From the NCBI GenBank assembly GCA_001029735.1, contig CP011213.1:76087-140086 (forward strand): a DNA stretch of 64,000 nucleotides. Reading direction: 5' to 3'. The position numbers were made by a program, and so were the translations under genes. How positions within the stretch are numbered: position 1 is the stretch's first letter; each line of letters begins with the position of its first letter. The notes beneath the pieces were generated by a model. It did not search any database. It was not told where the DNA came from and worked only from the letters and a program-made list of their open reading frames with translations. Shown in pieces: positions 26,975-36,120 of the stretch. The stretch comes from Berkelbacteria bacterium GW2011_GWE1_39_12 (GTDB lineage: Bacteria; Patescibacteriota; UBA1384; UBA12157).

Positions 26975-27781
26975 CTACTGATAATAGACCTTGCCCTCAA
27001 CTCGCACATCCATATATTGAGTAATTTCATTCTTTTTTTCTTCATAAACCTTTTGTGCGGCATCAATTTGATCGGTAATTGATTTGGTCGTATCAAAAAA
27101 TATTTTAATATTTTTGTCCGTTGCAGCGTCAACCTGAAAAGTAGTTTCATTAACTTCAAATTTGGTAATCGCGAGATTTAATTTACCAATCTTCATTTTT
27201 GCGTTTTTAAGAAAATCAATAAAATTACTATTTACGATTCGAGACGGCAGGCTGACTGGTACGTTTTTATTATCAGTTACTAATATTAAATCAGGCGAAG
27301 CATTATCCGTTTCTTTAAAGGCTATTGCACTTTCATCTACTAAGTAATTTTTCCCGTTTGATTGCCAAACTAGCACAGGTTGTCTCTCATTAAATTTTAT
27401 TCTTAGAGTGCTTGGTATGCCCAAGGTTACTTCAACAGATGAAAATTGCGAATTTTTTTCCAGCAAATATTCCTCGATATCTTTTGCGCTTACACTGAAA
27501 ATATTTTTGCTTTTGTATTGTTCGATATACGCTATAGATTCATCAGAAGGATTACCCATTAAATCAAAATTTTTTATCTTAAATAAGGGTGAGAACAAAA
27601 TAATATAAAGAAGAACAAGAACGATTATAAAAACAAAAATCCCCAGCTTTAAAAATTTCGGCATAGGTTTTTTCTCTAAATCCCTGGGCGCCGTATATAT
27701 TTTTGGCTGTCGTAAAATACCTTTTTGCTTTTTTTTAGAAAACATCCCTTCCTTTACTAAATTATGAGTCGGATTTACCAC
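26975..27781 (-). CDS. ftsQ: Cell division protein FtsQ/DivIB-like (POTRA domain).
   Basis: Single N-terminal TM, then a POTRA-like fold. Positioned after murB in the dcw cluster. Confidence 0.6.
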   Translation of the reverse strand: MVNPTHNLVKEGMFSKKKQKGILRQPKIYTAPRDLEKKPMPKFLKLGIFVFIIVLVLLYIILFSPLFKIKNFDLMGNPSDESIAYIEQYKSKNIFSVSAKDIEEYLLEKNSQFSSVEVTLGIPSTLRIKFNERQPVLVWQSNGKNYLVDESAIAFKETDNASPDLILVTDNKNVPVSLPSRIVNSNFIDFLKNAKMKIGKLNLAITKFEVNETTFQVDAATDKNIKIFFDTTKSITDQIDAAQKVYEEKKNEITQYMDVRVEGKVYYQ

Positions 27782-28761
27782 TGACCAACATATTCAACTT
27801 CTTCGTTTAAATTAACGTTATATTTTTTCTGAACTACATCTCTCATTTGTTCCGCAAGCTGTCTTACTTCTTGAGCTTTTGCATTACCAGAATTAACTAT
27901 AAAATTAGCATGCTTACTAGAAACTCTTACATTCCCATTTTTCAATTTTTTAGCGCCAGCATGATCAAGCATATAACCAGCAGTACGTTCCTTTGGAAAT
28001 TCCGGCATATTTTTACTTCCGCGACCAGAAACATTCACAAGAGTTTCGGGAAGTGGATTTTTAAATATACAACCCGCACTCATGCCAACAGGCTGAGTAT
28101 CCCATCTTGTTTTTTTGACACTATTAAGGCGCCGCATAATTTCTTCTTGTCTATTTTGCGCTAATTGAATTTTTAAAGTTAAAACAACCGGTTTCTTTAA
28201 ACCTGGAATTTTTTTGAGCTTGCTGGATCTATAAGAAAATTCAAACCATTTATTGTCAACCTGAATGATTTGAGGCTCTTCGTTTTCTTCGCCAGGAATT
28301 AAGATGGTAGCGTTTTTAACAAAATCGCCGATACTTTGACCATGTGCCCCAGCATTACCGTAAACCGCACCACCGACCGTGCCAGGAATTCCGTATAAAA
28401 ATTCTAGACCAGACAAATTGTTCGAAGTAGCTTCTAAAATAAGTTTCGACATTGGTACGCCGCCATCTACAATCACCTGGCTTTTTTCATTCATAAAAGA
28501 TATATTTTTAGCATTATTCTTGACGACTAAGCCGGGAAAACCATAATCAGAGAAAATGACGTTCGATCCCCCGCCTAAAATAAAGTAAGGTAAGCATATT
28601 TTTTTAGCAGCTTTAACAGCATTTACAATATCATCAATACTATTAGCTTCGTAATAAAAATCCGCAACACCACCAACTTGTATCGTAGTATGATCTCGCA
28701 TTAATTCGTGTTCGCGAAAACCTGGTTTTAAAATCTCTGCCAATAACTTTGCTTTATTCAA
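27775..28761 (-). CDS. murB: UDP-N-acetylenolpyruvoylglucosamine reductase.
   Basis: FAD-binding GGGSNVIFSD. C-terminal MurB domain. 328 aa. Confidence 0.85.
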   Translation of the reverse strand: MNKAKLLAEILKPGFREHELMRDHTTIQVGGVADFYYEANSIDDIVNAVKAAKKICLPYFILGGGSNVIFSDYGFPGLVVKNNAKNISFMNEKSQVIVDGGVPMSKLILEATSNNLSGLEFLYGIPGTVGGAVYGNAGAHGQSIGDFVKNATILIPGEENEEPQIIQVDNKWFEFSYRSSKLKKIPGLKKPVVLTLKIQLAQNRQEEIMRRLNSVKKTRWDTQPVGMSAGCIFKNPLPETLVNVSGRGSKNMPEFPKERTAGYMLDHAGAKKLKNGNVRVSSKHANFIVNSGNAKAQEVRQLAEQMRDVVQKKYNVNLNEEVEYVGQW

Positions 28762-30169
28762 TTTCTTCCCTTTCTTTAAGAGATGATAAAAGTTTTTTCC
28801 CTAATTCATAAATATTGCCTGCCCCAATTGTAAGTATAACAGAAGGCCCCTTCACATTCTTCACTAGAAAATCATTTACTTCATCAGCGCTTTTAATATA
28901 GCGCACTTTTGACTGAGTTTTTTTAATTTTTTCAACTAAATCTTCTGAAGTTATCTTACCCTGCTCTTCTCTCTTTGAGGCAAATATATCCATTATAATT
29001 ACTTGGTCGGCAACTTTAAAGCTAGCGCTAAATTCTTCTAGCAATTTTTCAGTCCGAGAAAATGTATGAGGTTGAAAAACACACCAAACTTTTTTGTCGG
29101 CATATTTCCGCTTTGCTGCTTCCAATGTTCTAATTATGGCGGTTGGGTGGTGAGCGTAGTCGTCGACAATCACAATATTACCGGCTTCGCCAATTATCTC
29201 AAAACGCCGCTTGACCGATTGAAATTTATCTAACGCATCTTTTATTGTTTGTTCTGACACGCCAATTTTTAAGGCAACTATTAATGCTGCTACCGCATTC
29301 AAAATATTATGATTTCCTGGAAGTTTCATTTTAAACGGGCCATAAACAGTTCCCATGGATTCGACGGAAAAAACATTTTTATCGTCTTCTTGTTTGGTAT
29401 TAACGATGCGCCATTTGCTACTTGGGTCAAAGCCATAAGTTTCAAAATTTCTATCGACGATTGATCTTATCAATTTTTTAGCTTTGGGATAATCTAGACA
29501 TAACACAATAGATCCCCTGCGAGGCACACGGCAGGCTAAACTATAAAACGCAGCATAAATATCCTCAATGCTTGGGAAGATATCAGGATGATCAAGCTCA
29601 ATACTGGAAATAATTGCAATTTCTGGGCTTAGATCTAAGAATTTAGGCGTGTTATCTTTAGGACTTTTTCGGTATTCGTCAGCTTCTAAAACAAAATAAT
29701 CACCTTCGCCTTTCCTGGCATTACTATGAAAATTCGGTACCTCGCCCGAGCCAATGATAAAACTCGGATCCAGTTTTCCTTCTTCAAGCATGAGCGCCAA
29801 CATCGCGGTAGTCGTAGTTTTGCCATGCACTCCGGCTACTGCAATGGTTTTTTTGCCTGAAGTGATTTCCCCTAATACTTCCGAATAGTACTTCGTGTTC
29901 ATTTTCCGGCGGAAGGCTTCACTTACTTCTACGTTAGAATCATCGTAGGCAGCGGAAATAATAATTAAATCGTATTTTAAAGTATGCAAATTCTTTTCAT
30001 CGAATTGGCTATGGAACAATATATTGTTTTCCTTTAATAAATTGTCGGTCACAAAAACTTCGGCTGTGTCTGAACCAGTCACTTCACAACCCATCTGCTT
30101 TAGATAAATAGCCAAAGCAGTCATTCCCACCCCTTTAATTCCAATCATGTAAATATTTTTTGCTTGCAT
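28754..30169 (-). CDS. murC: UDP-N-acetylmuramate--L-alanine ligase.
   Basis: GIKGVGMTALA, GVHGKTTTTAM, DYAHHPTAI. Confidence 0.9.
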   Translation of the reverse strand: MQAKNIYMIGIKGVGMTALAIYLKQMGCEVTGSDTAEVFVTDNLLKENNILFHSQFDEKNLHTLKYDLIIISAAYDDSNVEVSEAFRRKMNTKYYSEVLGEITSGKKTIAVAGVHGKTTTTAMLALMLEEGKLDPSFIIGSGEVPNFHSNARKGEGDYFVLEADEYRKSPKDNTPKFLDLSPEIAIISSIELDHPDIFPSIEDIYAAFYSLACRVPRRGSIVLCLDYPKAKKLIRSIVDRNFETYGFDPSSKWRIVNTKQEDDKNVFSVESMGTVYGPFKMKLPGNHNILNAVAALIVALKIGVSEQTIKDALDKFQSVKRRFEIIGEAGNIVIVDDYAHHPTAIIRTLEAAKRKYADKKVWCVFQPHTFSRTEKLLEEFSASFKVADQVIIMDIFASKREEQGKITSEDLVEKIKKTQSKVRYIKSADEVNDFLVKNVKGPSVILTIGAGNIYELGKKLLSSLKEREEIE

Positions 30170-31240
30170 TTAGACCTCTAGGTTTTCAAATAATAAATCA
30201 ATAATTTCAGATGTCGAGTCCTCAACCGCAAATTCCTTTGCGTGATGACCAATTAATTCGCGAAAACCATTATCCTCCATGAGATGATTAATAATACTCA
30301 ATAATGACGAAGCAGTCAAGCCTTTTTCGGTAAGCATCACGGCAGCATTTTTGTCGGCGTAAATTTGAGCATTCTTTGTTTGATGATCCATGTGAGCCGT
30401 CGGAAGCGGTATAAGTATAGAGGCTTTACCTAAAAATGAAATCTCCGCGATAGTTGATCCAGCTCGTGAAATTATCAAATCTGATTTATTCATCAATTCT
30501 GGCATGTTTTCTGAAAAATCAATCACCTTGTAATTTTCATTTTGAAATTTCTCTTTTATTTCTTCGAAATCGTTTTTACCGACAAGATGATAAATTTCAT
30601 ATTTTTTTACAAGTTCAGGTACGATTTCTAAAATTAGAGAATTAAGTTTCGCCGCGCCCTGGCTTCCGCCAGTAATTAAAATTGTTGGTTTTTCATTTTT
30701 AGCAGTTGCTAAATTATGAAATTCTTTTCTTAAAGGAATGCCAGTATAAACTAATTTATTAAATGGTATTTTTTGAATTGTTTGCTCTTTATAGTATTCA
30801 ATTGGAAAGCCAACGCAAATTTTTCTCGCAAACCTTGAAGCATAGATGTTTATACTCCCCATAATAGAATCTGACTCATGAACAATTAAAGGAATATTAA
30901 ATCTTTTTGCCCAGAAAATTATTGGAAACGCGACGTAGCCGCCTTTCGAGAAAATTAGATCTGGTTTAAATGACTTTAATAAAAAATATGCTTGAATTAA
31001 TCCAAAAAATATTTTGAACATATCGATTAAATTACTGAAAGAAAAATAATTTCTGCGTTTACCCGTAAAGATACCCTTAAATTTAATCTCCCTTTTTATC
31101 GATATATCTTTTTCAGGGCCATTTCTTGAACCAACATAAAGACTAGCAACACGCGCATTACTCCTTAAAGCTTCAATTAAAGCAATGATTGGATAAATAT
31201 GGCCAGCTGTTCCACCACCTGTAAATATAACTTTTTTCAA
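30170..31240 (-). CDS. murG: UDP-GlcNAc:undecaprenyl-PP-MurNAc-pentapeptide GlcNAc transferase.
   Basis: GGGTAGHIYPIIAL, GGSQGA. Confidence 0.9.
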   Translation of the reverse strand: MKKVIFTGGGTAGHIYPIIALIEALRSNARVASLYVGSRNGPEKDISIKREIKFKGIFTGKRRNYFSFSNLIDMFKIFFGLIQAYFLLKSFKPDLIFSKGGYVAFPIIFWAKRFNIPLIVHESDSIMGSINIYASRFARKICVGFPIEYYKEQTIQKIPFNKLVYTGIPLRKEFHNLATAKNEKPTILITGGSQGAAKLNSLILEIVPELVKKYEIYHLVGKNDFEEIKEKFQNENYKVIDFSENMPELMNKSDLIISRAGSTIAEISFLGKASILIPLPTAHMDHQTKNAQIYADKNAAVMLTEKGLTASSLLSIINHLMEDNGFRELIGHHAKEFAVEDSTSEIIDLLFENLEV

Positions 31241-32355
31241 ATTAATTCCTTTTGCGATTGTTTAGAAATATTCATCATAATACCAACCGCGGCCAACAAG
31301 AACATTAGTGATGAACCACCGTAACTTATAAACGGTAATGGAACACCAGTCATTGGCATCAAGTTAAGCATCGAGGCTATATTAACAAATGCCTGAATTA
31401 ATATCCAGGTAGTAATACCGACGGCCACTAGTTTACCGAAATTGTCCGGAGCGTTTTTAGCGATTCTAAAACCACGGACTCCAAGAAAAATAAAAACAAT
31501 TAAAATTAAACCAGAACGGATAAAGCCCAGCTCTTCAGCTATAATTGCAAAAATAGAGTCTGTATGTGCCATTGGTAGATACAAGTATTTTTGCTTTGAC
31601 TGACCGAAACCAAGCCCCCATATACCACCAGATCCAATAGCAATCAAAGCTTGATTAATATGATATGCAGCGCCTTGGCTGTCAGCGGTTGGATTCATAA
31701 AGACCAGTAAACGCTGCATGCGATATGGTGCTGCTTTGATTAATATACCAAGCAGAACAACTAAACTACCAGCGCCTAAACCAATGTGTGAAAGGCTTGC
31801 ACCGCTTACAAAATACATCACTGCTGAACTGATTACGATTACAGAAAGAGTACCAAGATCCGGCTGCTTAATAATTAAAAAACCTACAAGAGCGATTAGA
31901 ACTGCAAAAGGCAAAAAACCTGTAAATAAGTTTTTAATGCTTTCGCCTTTTTTGTCTAACCATGCTGCCAAATAAATAATAAAGCTTACTTTAATAATTT
32001 CAGTCGGTTGAAACATATGAGTACCAAAACCGATCCATCTTCTTGCGCCGTTAATTTTGATTCCAATACCAGGCACATAAACCAGAATAAGCAAAATTAA
32101 TGCAACTATAAATAGCCAAGCTGCATTTTTTTTCCAAATTCGATAATCAATTTTCGCCCCAATGTACATTAAAAACAAACCAATCGCTAAGGAGCCGATT
32201 TGCCTAATTACATAGGCATAGCTTGAATGGTATTTTTCCAAAGACACTACCATAGAGCTGGAAGCGATCATCACTAACCCGAAAAACGTTAACAAGAAGA
32301 CAACAATTAAAAAGACGTAATCCGGTTTTTGTACTCTTCCCGGTAAAACTCTCAT
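31237..32355 (-). CDS. ftsW: SEDS-family peptidoglycan polymerase FtsW/RodA.
   Basis: 10-TM SEDS architecture in the dcw position between murD and murG. Confidence 0.85.
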   Translation of the reverse strand: MRVLPGRVQKPDYVFLIVVFLLTFFGLVMIASSSMVVSLEKYHSSYAYVIRQIGSLAIGLFLMYIGAKIDYRIWKKNAAWLFIVALILLILVYVPGIGIKINGARRWIGFGTHMFQPTEIIKVSFIIYLAAWLDKKGESIKNLFTGFLPFAVLIALVGFLIIKQPDLGTLSVIVISSAVMYFVSGASLSHIGLGAGSLVVLLGILIKAAPYRMQRLLVFMNPTADSQGAAYHINQALIAIGSGGIWGLGFGQSKQKYLYLPMAHTDSIFAIIAEELGFIRSGLILIVFIFLGVRGFRIAKNAPDNFGKLVAVGITTWILIQAFVNIASMLNLMPMTGVPLPFISYGGSSLMFLLAAVGIMMNISKQSQKELI

Positions 32356-32458
32356 AGCGTTTCCTTTAAAACCAGCTTCTTATACTGGTGGCCGCGTCTT
32401 ATAATTACGGTAGTAATTTCCGCGGATCGATGGATAAAGAAAAATAAAATTTTTCTGT

Positions 32459-33844
32459 TCATGACGTTTCCTTCAACACAAGTTTCTTAAATTGTAATCC
32501 ACGATCCTTATAATTTACAAACCAATCAAAACTGGCTGAGGCGGGCGAAAGCAAAACAATATCGCCTTTTTTTGCTTCTTTTTTAACAGCTTGCATAACT
32601 TCACGCAGATTGGATAAATCATCGATTATTTTTAAACTCGTATTTTTAATTTCTTTTTTTATTCTTGGTCCTGTTTGGCCAATTAAAATAACAGTTTTTA
32701 CATTTTTTGAAATTTCTTCACCGAGCTCAGAATAATCGGCATTCTTTTCTGACCCCCCTGCAATCAAGATCACTGGCTCTGAAAAAGCATTAATGGCGGC
32801 AATGGCAGTATCAGGCGTGGTTGAAAAAGAATCATTATAATATTTTACACCGCCAATTTGCGCGACAAATTCAAGACGATGTTCCAAACCTTTGAATTTT
32901 TTCACTACGGATCTGATAGTATCTATACCCACACCGGATAAATAAGCGGCGATAGAAGCAGCGGCAATATTTTCTAGATTATGATCACCCCGTAATGTAA
33001 TTTCTTTTTTATTAGCGATAAGATGGTTTTTACCCTCGATCCGTAATAGCAAATTCTCATTTTCAACAAAAATTCCCTGATCAACTGACCTTTTTCTAGA
33101 AAACCAAAAAACTTCAGCAGGTGTTTTTAAAGCAAAATCTGTGCTTACAGAATAGTCAGCATTAACAACGGCGAAATCGTTTTTAGTTTGATATTTAACA
33201 ATTGCCGTTTTTGCTAAAACATATTCATCGTGATCTTTATGAACATCTAGATGGTCACTTTTAATATCTAGCACCACTCCTATATGAGGCGATTTATGTA
33301 AATCTTGCAATTGAAAACTCGAGAGCTCTAACACAACAACATCATCCTTTGTTAATTCTTGCACAAATTCTATTGGTGCCCTACCGATATTGCCTGCTAC
33401 ATAAACGCGGTTTATAAAAGTTGAAGAGCCCTGCGCGTTCACCGATTTATTTAATATCTCGCCGATTAAAGATGTTGTCGTACCCTTGCCTTTGGTACCG
33501 GTCACACCGATAATAGGTGACGGGCAGAGGTCGAAAAATAACTTCGTCTGCGAAGAAATTTCCACTCCACTTTCCTTTGCTTCTTGAATTTTCTCATTTA
33601 AATAGGGGAGACCGGGAGTACGAAAAACTATGTCAAAATCTTTTAAATTATCTAAATAAGCTGGACCTAGTCTAAGCTGGTAGTTAACACCGGAAAGCTG
33701 TTTAGTGTAAGAAGAGATAGCCTCTTCCCCTTCTGCCCTATCGCAAATAGTAATCTCCCCACCATATGAAGCAAGGAATTTCACCATTGCGACGTTTTCG
33801 CCGCCTAAACCCAATATTCCTATTTTTTTGCCTTTGAAATTCAT
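32459..33844 (-). CDS. murD: UDP-N-acetylmuramoylalanine--D-glutamate ligase.
   Basis: GVTGTKGKGTTTSLIGEIL P-loop. Mur ligase middle and C domains. Confidence 0.85.
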   Translation of the reverse strand: MNFKGKKIGILGLGGENVAMVKFLASYGGEITICDRAEGEEAISSYTKQLSGVNYQLRLGPAYLDNLKDFDIVFRTPGLPYLNEKIQEAKESGVEISSQTKLFFDLCPSPIIGVTGTKGKGTTTSLIGEILNKSVNAQGSSTFINRVYVAGNIGRAPIEFVQELTKDDVVVLELSSFQLQDLHKSPHIGVVLDIKSDHLDVHKDHDEYVLAKTAIVKYQTKNDFAVVNADYSVSTDFALKTPAEVFWFSRKRSVDQGIFVENENLLLRIEGKNHLIANKKEITLRGDHNLENIAAASIAAYLSGVGIDTIRSVVKKFKGLEHRLEFVAQIGGVKYYNDSFSTTPDTAIAAINAFSEPVILIAGGSEKNADYSELGEEISKNVKTVILIGQTGPRIKKEIKNTSLKIIDDLSNLREVMQAVKKEAKKGDIVLLSPASASFDWFVNYKDRGLQFKKLVLKETS

Positions 33845-33857
33845 TAATTATCTTTTT

Positions 33858-34604
33858 CTACTTTAATCCAATTACAGCTATCATCTTAGGCCCTTTTTCA
33901 CCTTCTTTGCGGAAACTGCCATAAATGCCGTTATCGCAAACCGTGCAAAAATCAGCGATCTCAATATTATCTTTAGAAACTCCGGCTTTTTTTAAATCAT
34001 CGAAAAGAGCTTTTTTTAGATCTACATAACCGTCTTTGTTACGGACAAAGGTTACTGAAGGGTAGCGATCTAAAAATATTTTTAAAACTTCATTTTTAAC
34101 CACAAAATGCTTTTGGCAAATACCAGGACCAACTCCCACAATCAGATTTTCGGGATCAGAGCCAAATTCTTTGAACTTTTCGATAGCCCTGGGAACTATT
34201 TGATCAATAATTCCCCGCCACCCTGCATGGATCGCCGCCACAACTCTGTTGGCGGGATCATATATTAAAATTGGCAAACAATCAGCAGTTGTGATGCCAA
34301 GATATATTCCTTTTTCCGCCGTGATTAACCCGTCTGCTTCAATTAACGATCCCGAAGTTTCAAGAGCCCCCTTACCACCCTCGGCTTTGCCTACCGCCGT
34401 TATTCTATTTCCATGCACTTGATGAGGAAAAATCACTTGGTTAAGCTCTATCCCAAGATCCTTGGCAAATTGCTTCCTGTTTTTAATCACCTCAGCGTCT
34501 TGAGCCGATCCAAATTTCATTTCTCCATAGGAACGATTAGATATTCCCTGAACGATTTCTGGAAAACAAGAAAAGCTCGAAAATTTGTAAAAACGTTCTT
34601 CCAT
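33858..34604 (-). CDS. pgeF: YfiH/PgeF family (DUF152, LACC1-like) peptidoglycan editing factor / purine nucleoside phosphorylase.
   Basis: HQVHGNRI, CLPI and HAGWRG motifs. 248 aa. Confidence 0.75.
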   Translation of the reverse strand: MEERFYKFSSFSCFPEIVQGISNRSYGEMKFGSAQDAEVIKNRKQFAKDLGIELNQVIFPHQVHGNRITAVGKAEGGKGALETSGSLIEADGLITAEKGIYLGITTADCLPILIYDPANRVVAAIHAGWRGIIDQIVPRAIEKFKEFGSDPENLIVGVGPGICQKHFVVKNEVLKIFLDRYPSVTFVRNKDGYVDLKKALFDDLKKAGVSKDNIEIADFCTVCDNGIYGSFRKEGEKGPKMIAVIGLK

Positions 34605-34626
34605 AATTTTGTAAAATTTCCGCGGT

Positions 34627-34710
34627 AAGCAAAAGCTTACCTATATTTTTATTTTTGTTCCTGTAAACTCTTACAGATTAGCAAGCTAACCTATTATTTT
34701 TATTTTTGCA
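34627..34710. repeat. Imperfect 25-bp direct repeat (AAGCT(t/a)ACCTAT(-/t)ATTTTTATTTTTG) x2 in the pgeF-mraY intergenic region.
   Basis: Copies at about 34631-34655 and 34683-34710. Confidence 0.5.
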
Positions 34711-34816
34711 AACTATTAATTCTTAGTAAGGGAGTCTTCTTTATATATTTATTGTATCAAAAAAATGGCTTTTCGGCCATCTAATGTTCCTAATCTCCTA
34801 CCTATAAGAGGAAATC

Positions 34817-35011
34817 ACCTCTTCCTGATTGCTTTAATGGCGAGGCTCATGAGAGGCCTTCGGTCTCTGCAATCAAGATGCCTGCTGCCCTAGATCCCCC
34901 GACCGATCAAGGCCAGCAACTTATCAGATTGCTTTACAGGCCTCGGCCTAGTGTCATCAGCTGTTCCTGATTGCTTTAATTGGCTACAGACCTCGGCCAA
35001 TTAAAGCAATC
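34817..35011. repeat. Cluster of TGATTGCTTTAAT(T)GG repeats, plus a perfect 15-bp inverted repeat spanning the mraY stop codon.
   Basis: CCTGATTGCTTTAATGG (34824), CAGATTGCTTTACAGG (34925), CCTGATTGCTTTAATTGG (34965), and the complement CCAATTAAAGCAATC at 34997-35011. The last two form a stem of GATTGCTTTAATTGG-N13-CCAATTAAAGCAATC. Confidence 0.6.
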
Positions 35012-36009
35012 ATCATTCCAATAACTGCCATGGCGGCGGAGATGATCCAAAAACGCATAGTAACTTTACTTTCGGGCCAACCGAGGGCTTCGAAATGATG
35101 ATGTATTGGCGATGACAAAAAGACTTTCCGCTTAAAAAATTTCTTCGAAAAAAGTTGAATGCCAACGCTCGCCGCTTCTAAAACAAAAACAAAGCCGATA
35201 ATCGGCAGAACGGCGACTTGATTAGTCAAAAATGCGATTATACCTAAAGTAGCACCGAGAGCCATAGATCCGGTATCACCCATGAAAAAGCGTGCTGGAT
35301 GAACATTAAACCACAAAAAAGCCAACAGAGCACCCATAATTGTGCCGCAGAACGCCGCCAGAGCGATCTTACCCTCCGCCAGGGCGATAAAACCATATGC
35401 TCCATAAGAAATAGCCAGTGTTCCTCCCGCTAAGCCATCTAGGCCATCTGTTTCGTTAACTGAAAAAGCCATAAACAATATAACAAAAATAAATAACGGA
35501 ATATACCATAAGCCCAAGAAAACGTCGCCTAAGCCTGGCACATGAAAAATATCCCAACCAAGCTTAAAGTAAAACCACCAAGCGCCAGCTACAGCAATGA
35601 TCAAATATAAAAAGAACTTGTATTTAAAAGCTAATCCGCCACGATTAGGCCCAATGCCTTTTATATTGGCTAGATCATCGATGGCACCAATAATACCGGA
35701 AGCGACAAGGGCAAATAGCGGTAGCCAAGTACCAGCTCTGGTTAAGTTAAAAAGTAAAGTAATAACTGCTGTAGTAACCCAAACAAGCAAACCACCCATT
35801 GTCGGCGTGTTTTCTTTGCCTTTGTGAAGTTTATAAAAAATCGGCGCTTTCTTTTCATCTAACGCCGTATCTCTAATTCTTTTTCCTAGTTTGTTTTTGT
35901 ATAAGAAATCCGTAAATAGAGGTGTCCAAATAAGGGCGATTACAAAAGAAATGGCTGTGAGCCAAAACACTTTTGCAATGTCCGGAATGTAGAGTTGAAT
36001 TTGTTCCAT
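34984..36009 (-). CDS. mraY: Phospho-N-acetylmuramoyl-pentapeptide transferase.
   Basis: 10-TM MraY architecture. DDLANI, GLDGLAGG and HHHFE motifs. Confidence 0.9.
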   Translation of the reverse strand: MEQIQLYIPDIAKVFWLTAISFVIALIWTPLFTDFLYKNKLGKRIRDTALDEKKAPIFYKLHKGKENTPTMGGLLVWVTTAVITLLFNLTRAGTWLPLFALVASGIIGAIDDLANIKGIGPNRGGLAFKYKFFLYLIIAVAGAWWFYFKLGWDIFHVPGLGDVFLGLWYIPLFIFVILFMAFSVNETDGLDGLAGGTLAISYGAYGFIALAEGKIALAAFCGTIMGALLAFLWFNVHPARFFMGDTGSMALGATLGIIAFLTNQVAVLPIIGFVFVLEAASVGIQLFSKKFFKRKVFLSSPIHHHFEALGWPESKVTMRFWIISAAMAVIGMMIALIGRGL

Positions 36010-36120
36010 AATTTGTAAAAATTTCCGTGAGCGAAGCTCAATAATTTTGTAAAAAATTTCCGCGACAAGTAGTCTTGTCCATTTCTTTTCTAGTATAGCA
36101 AAAAATATGAACGATTTGTA

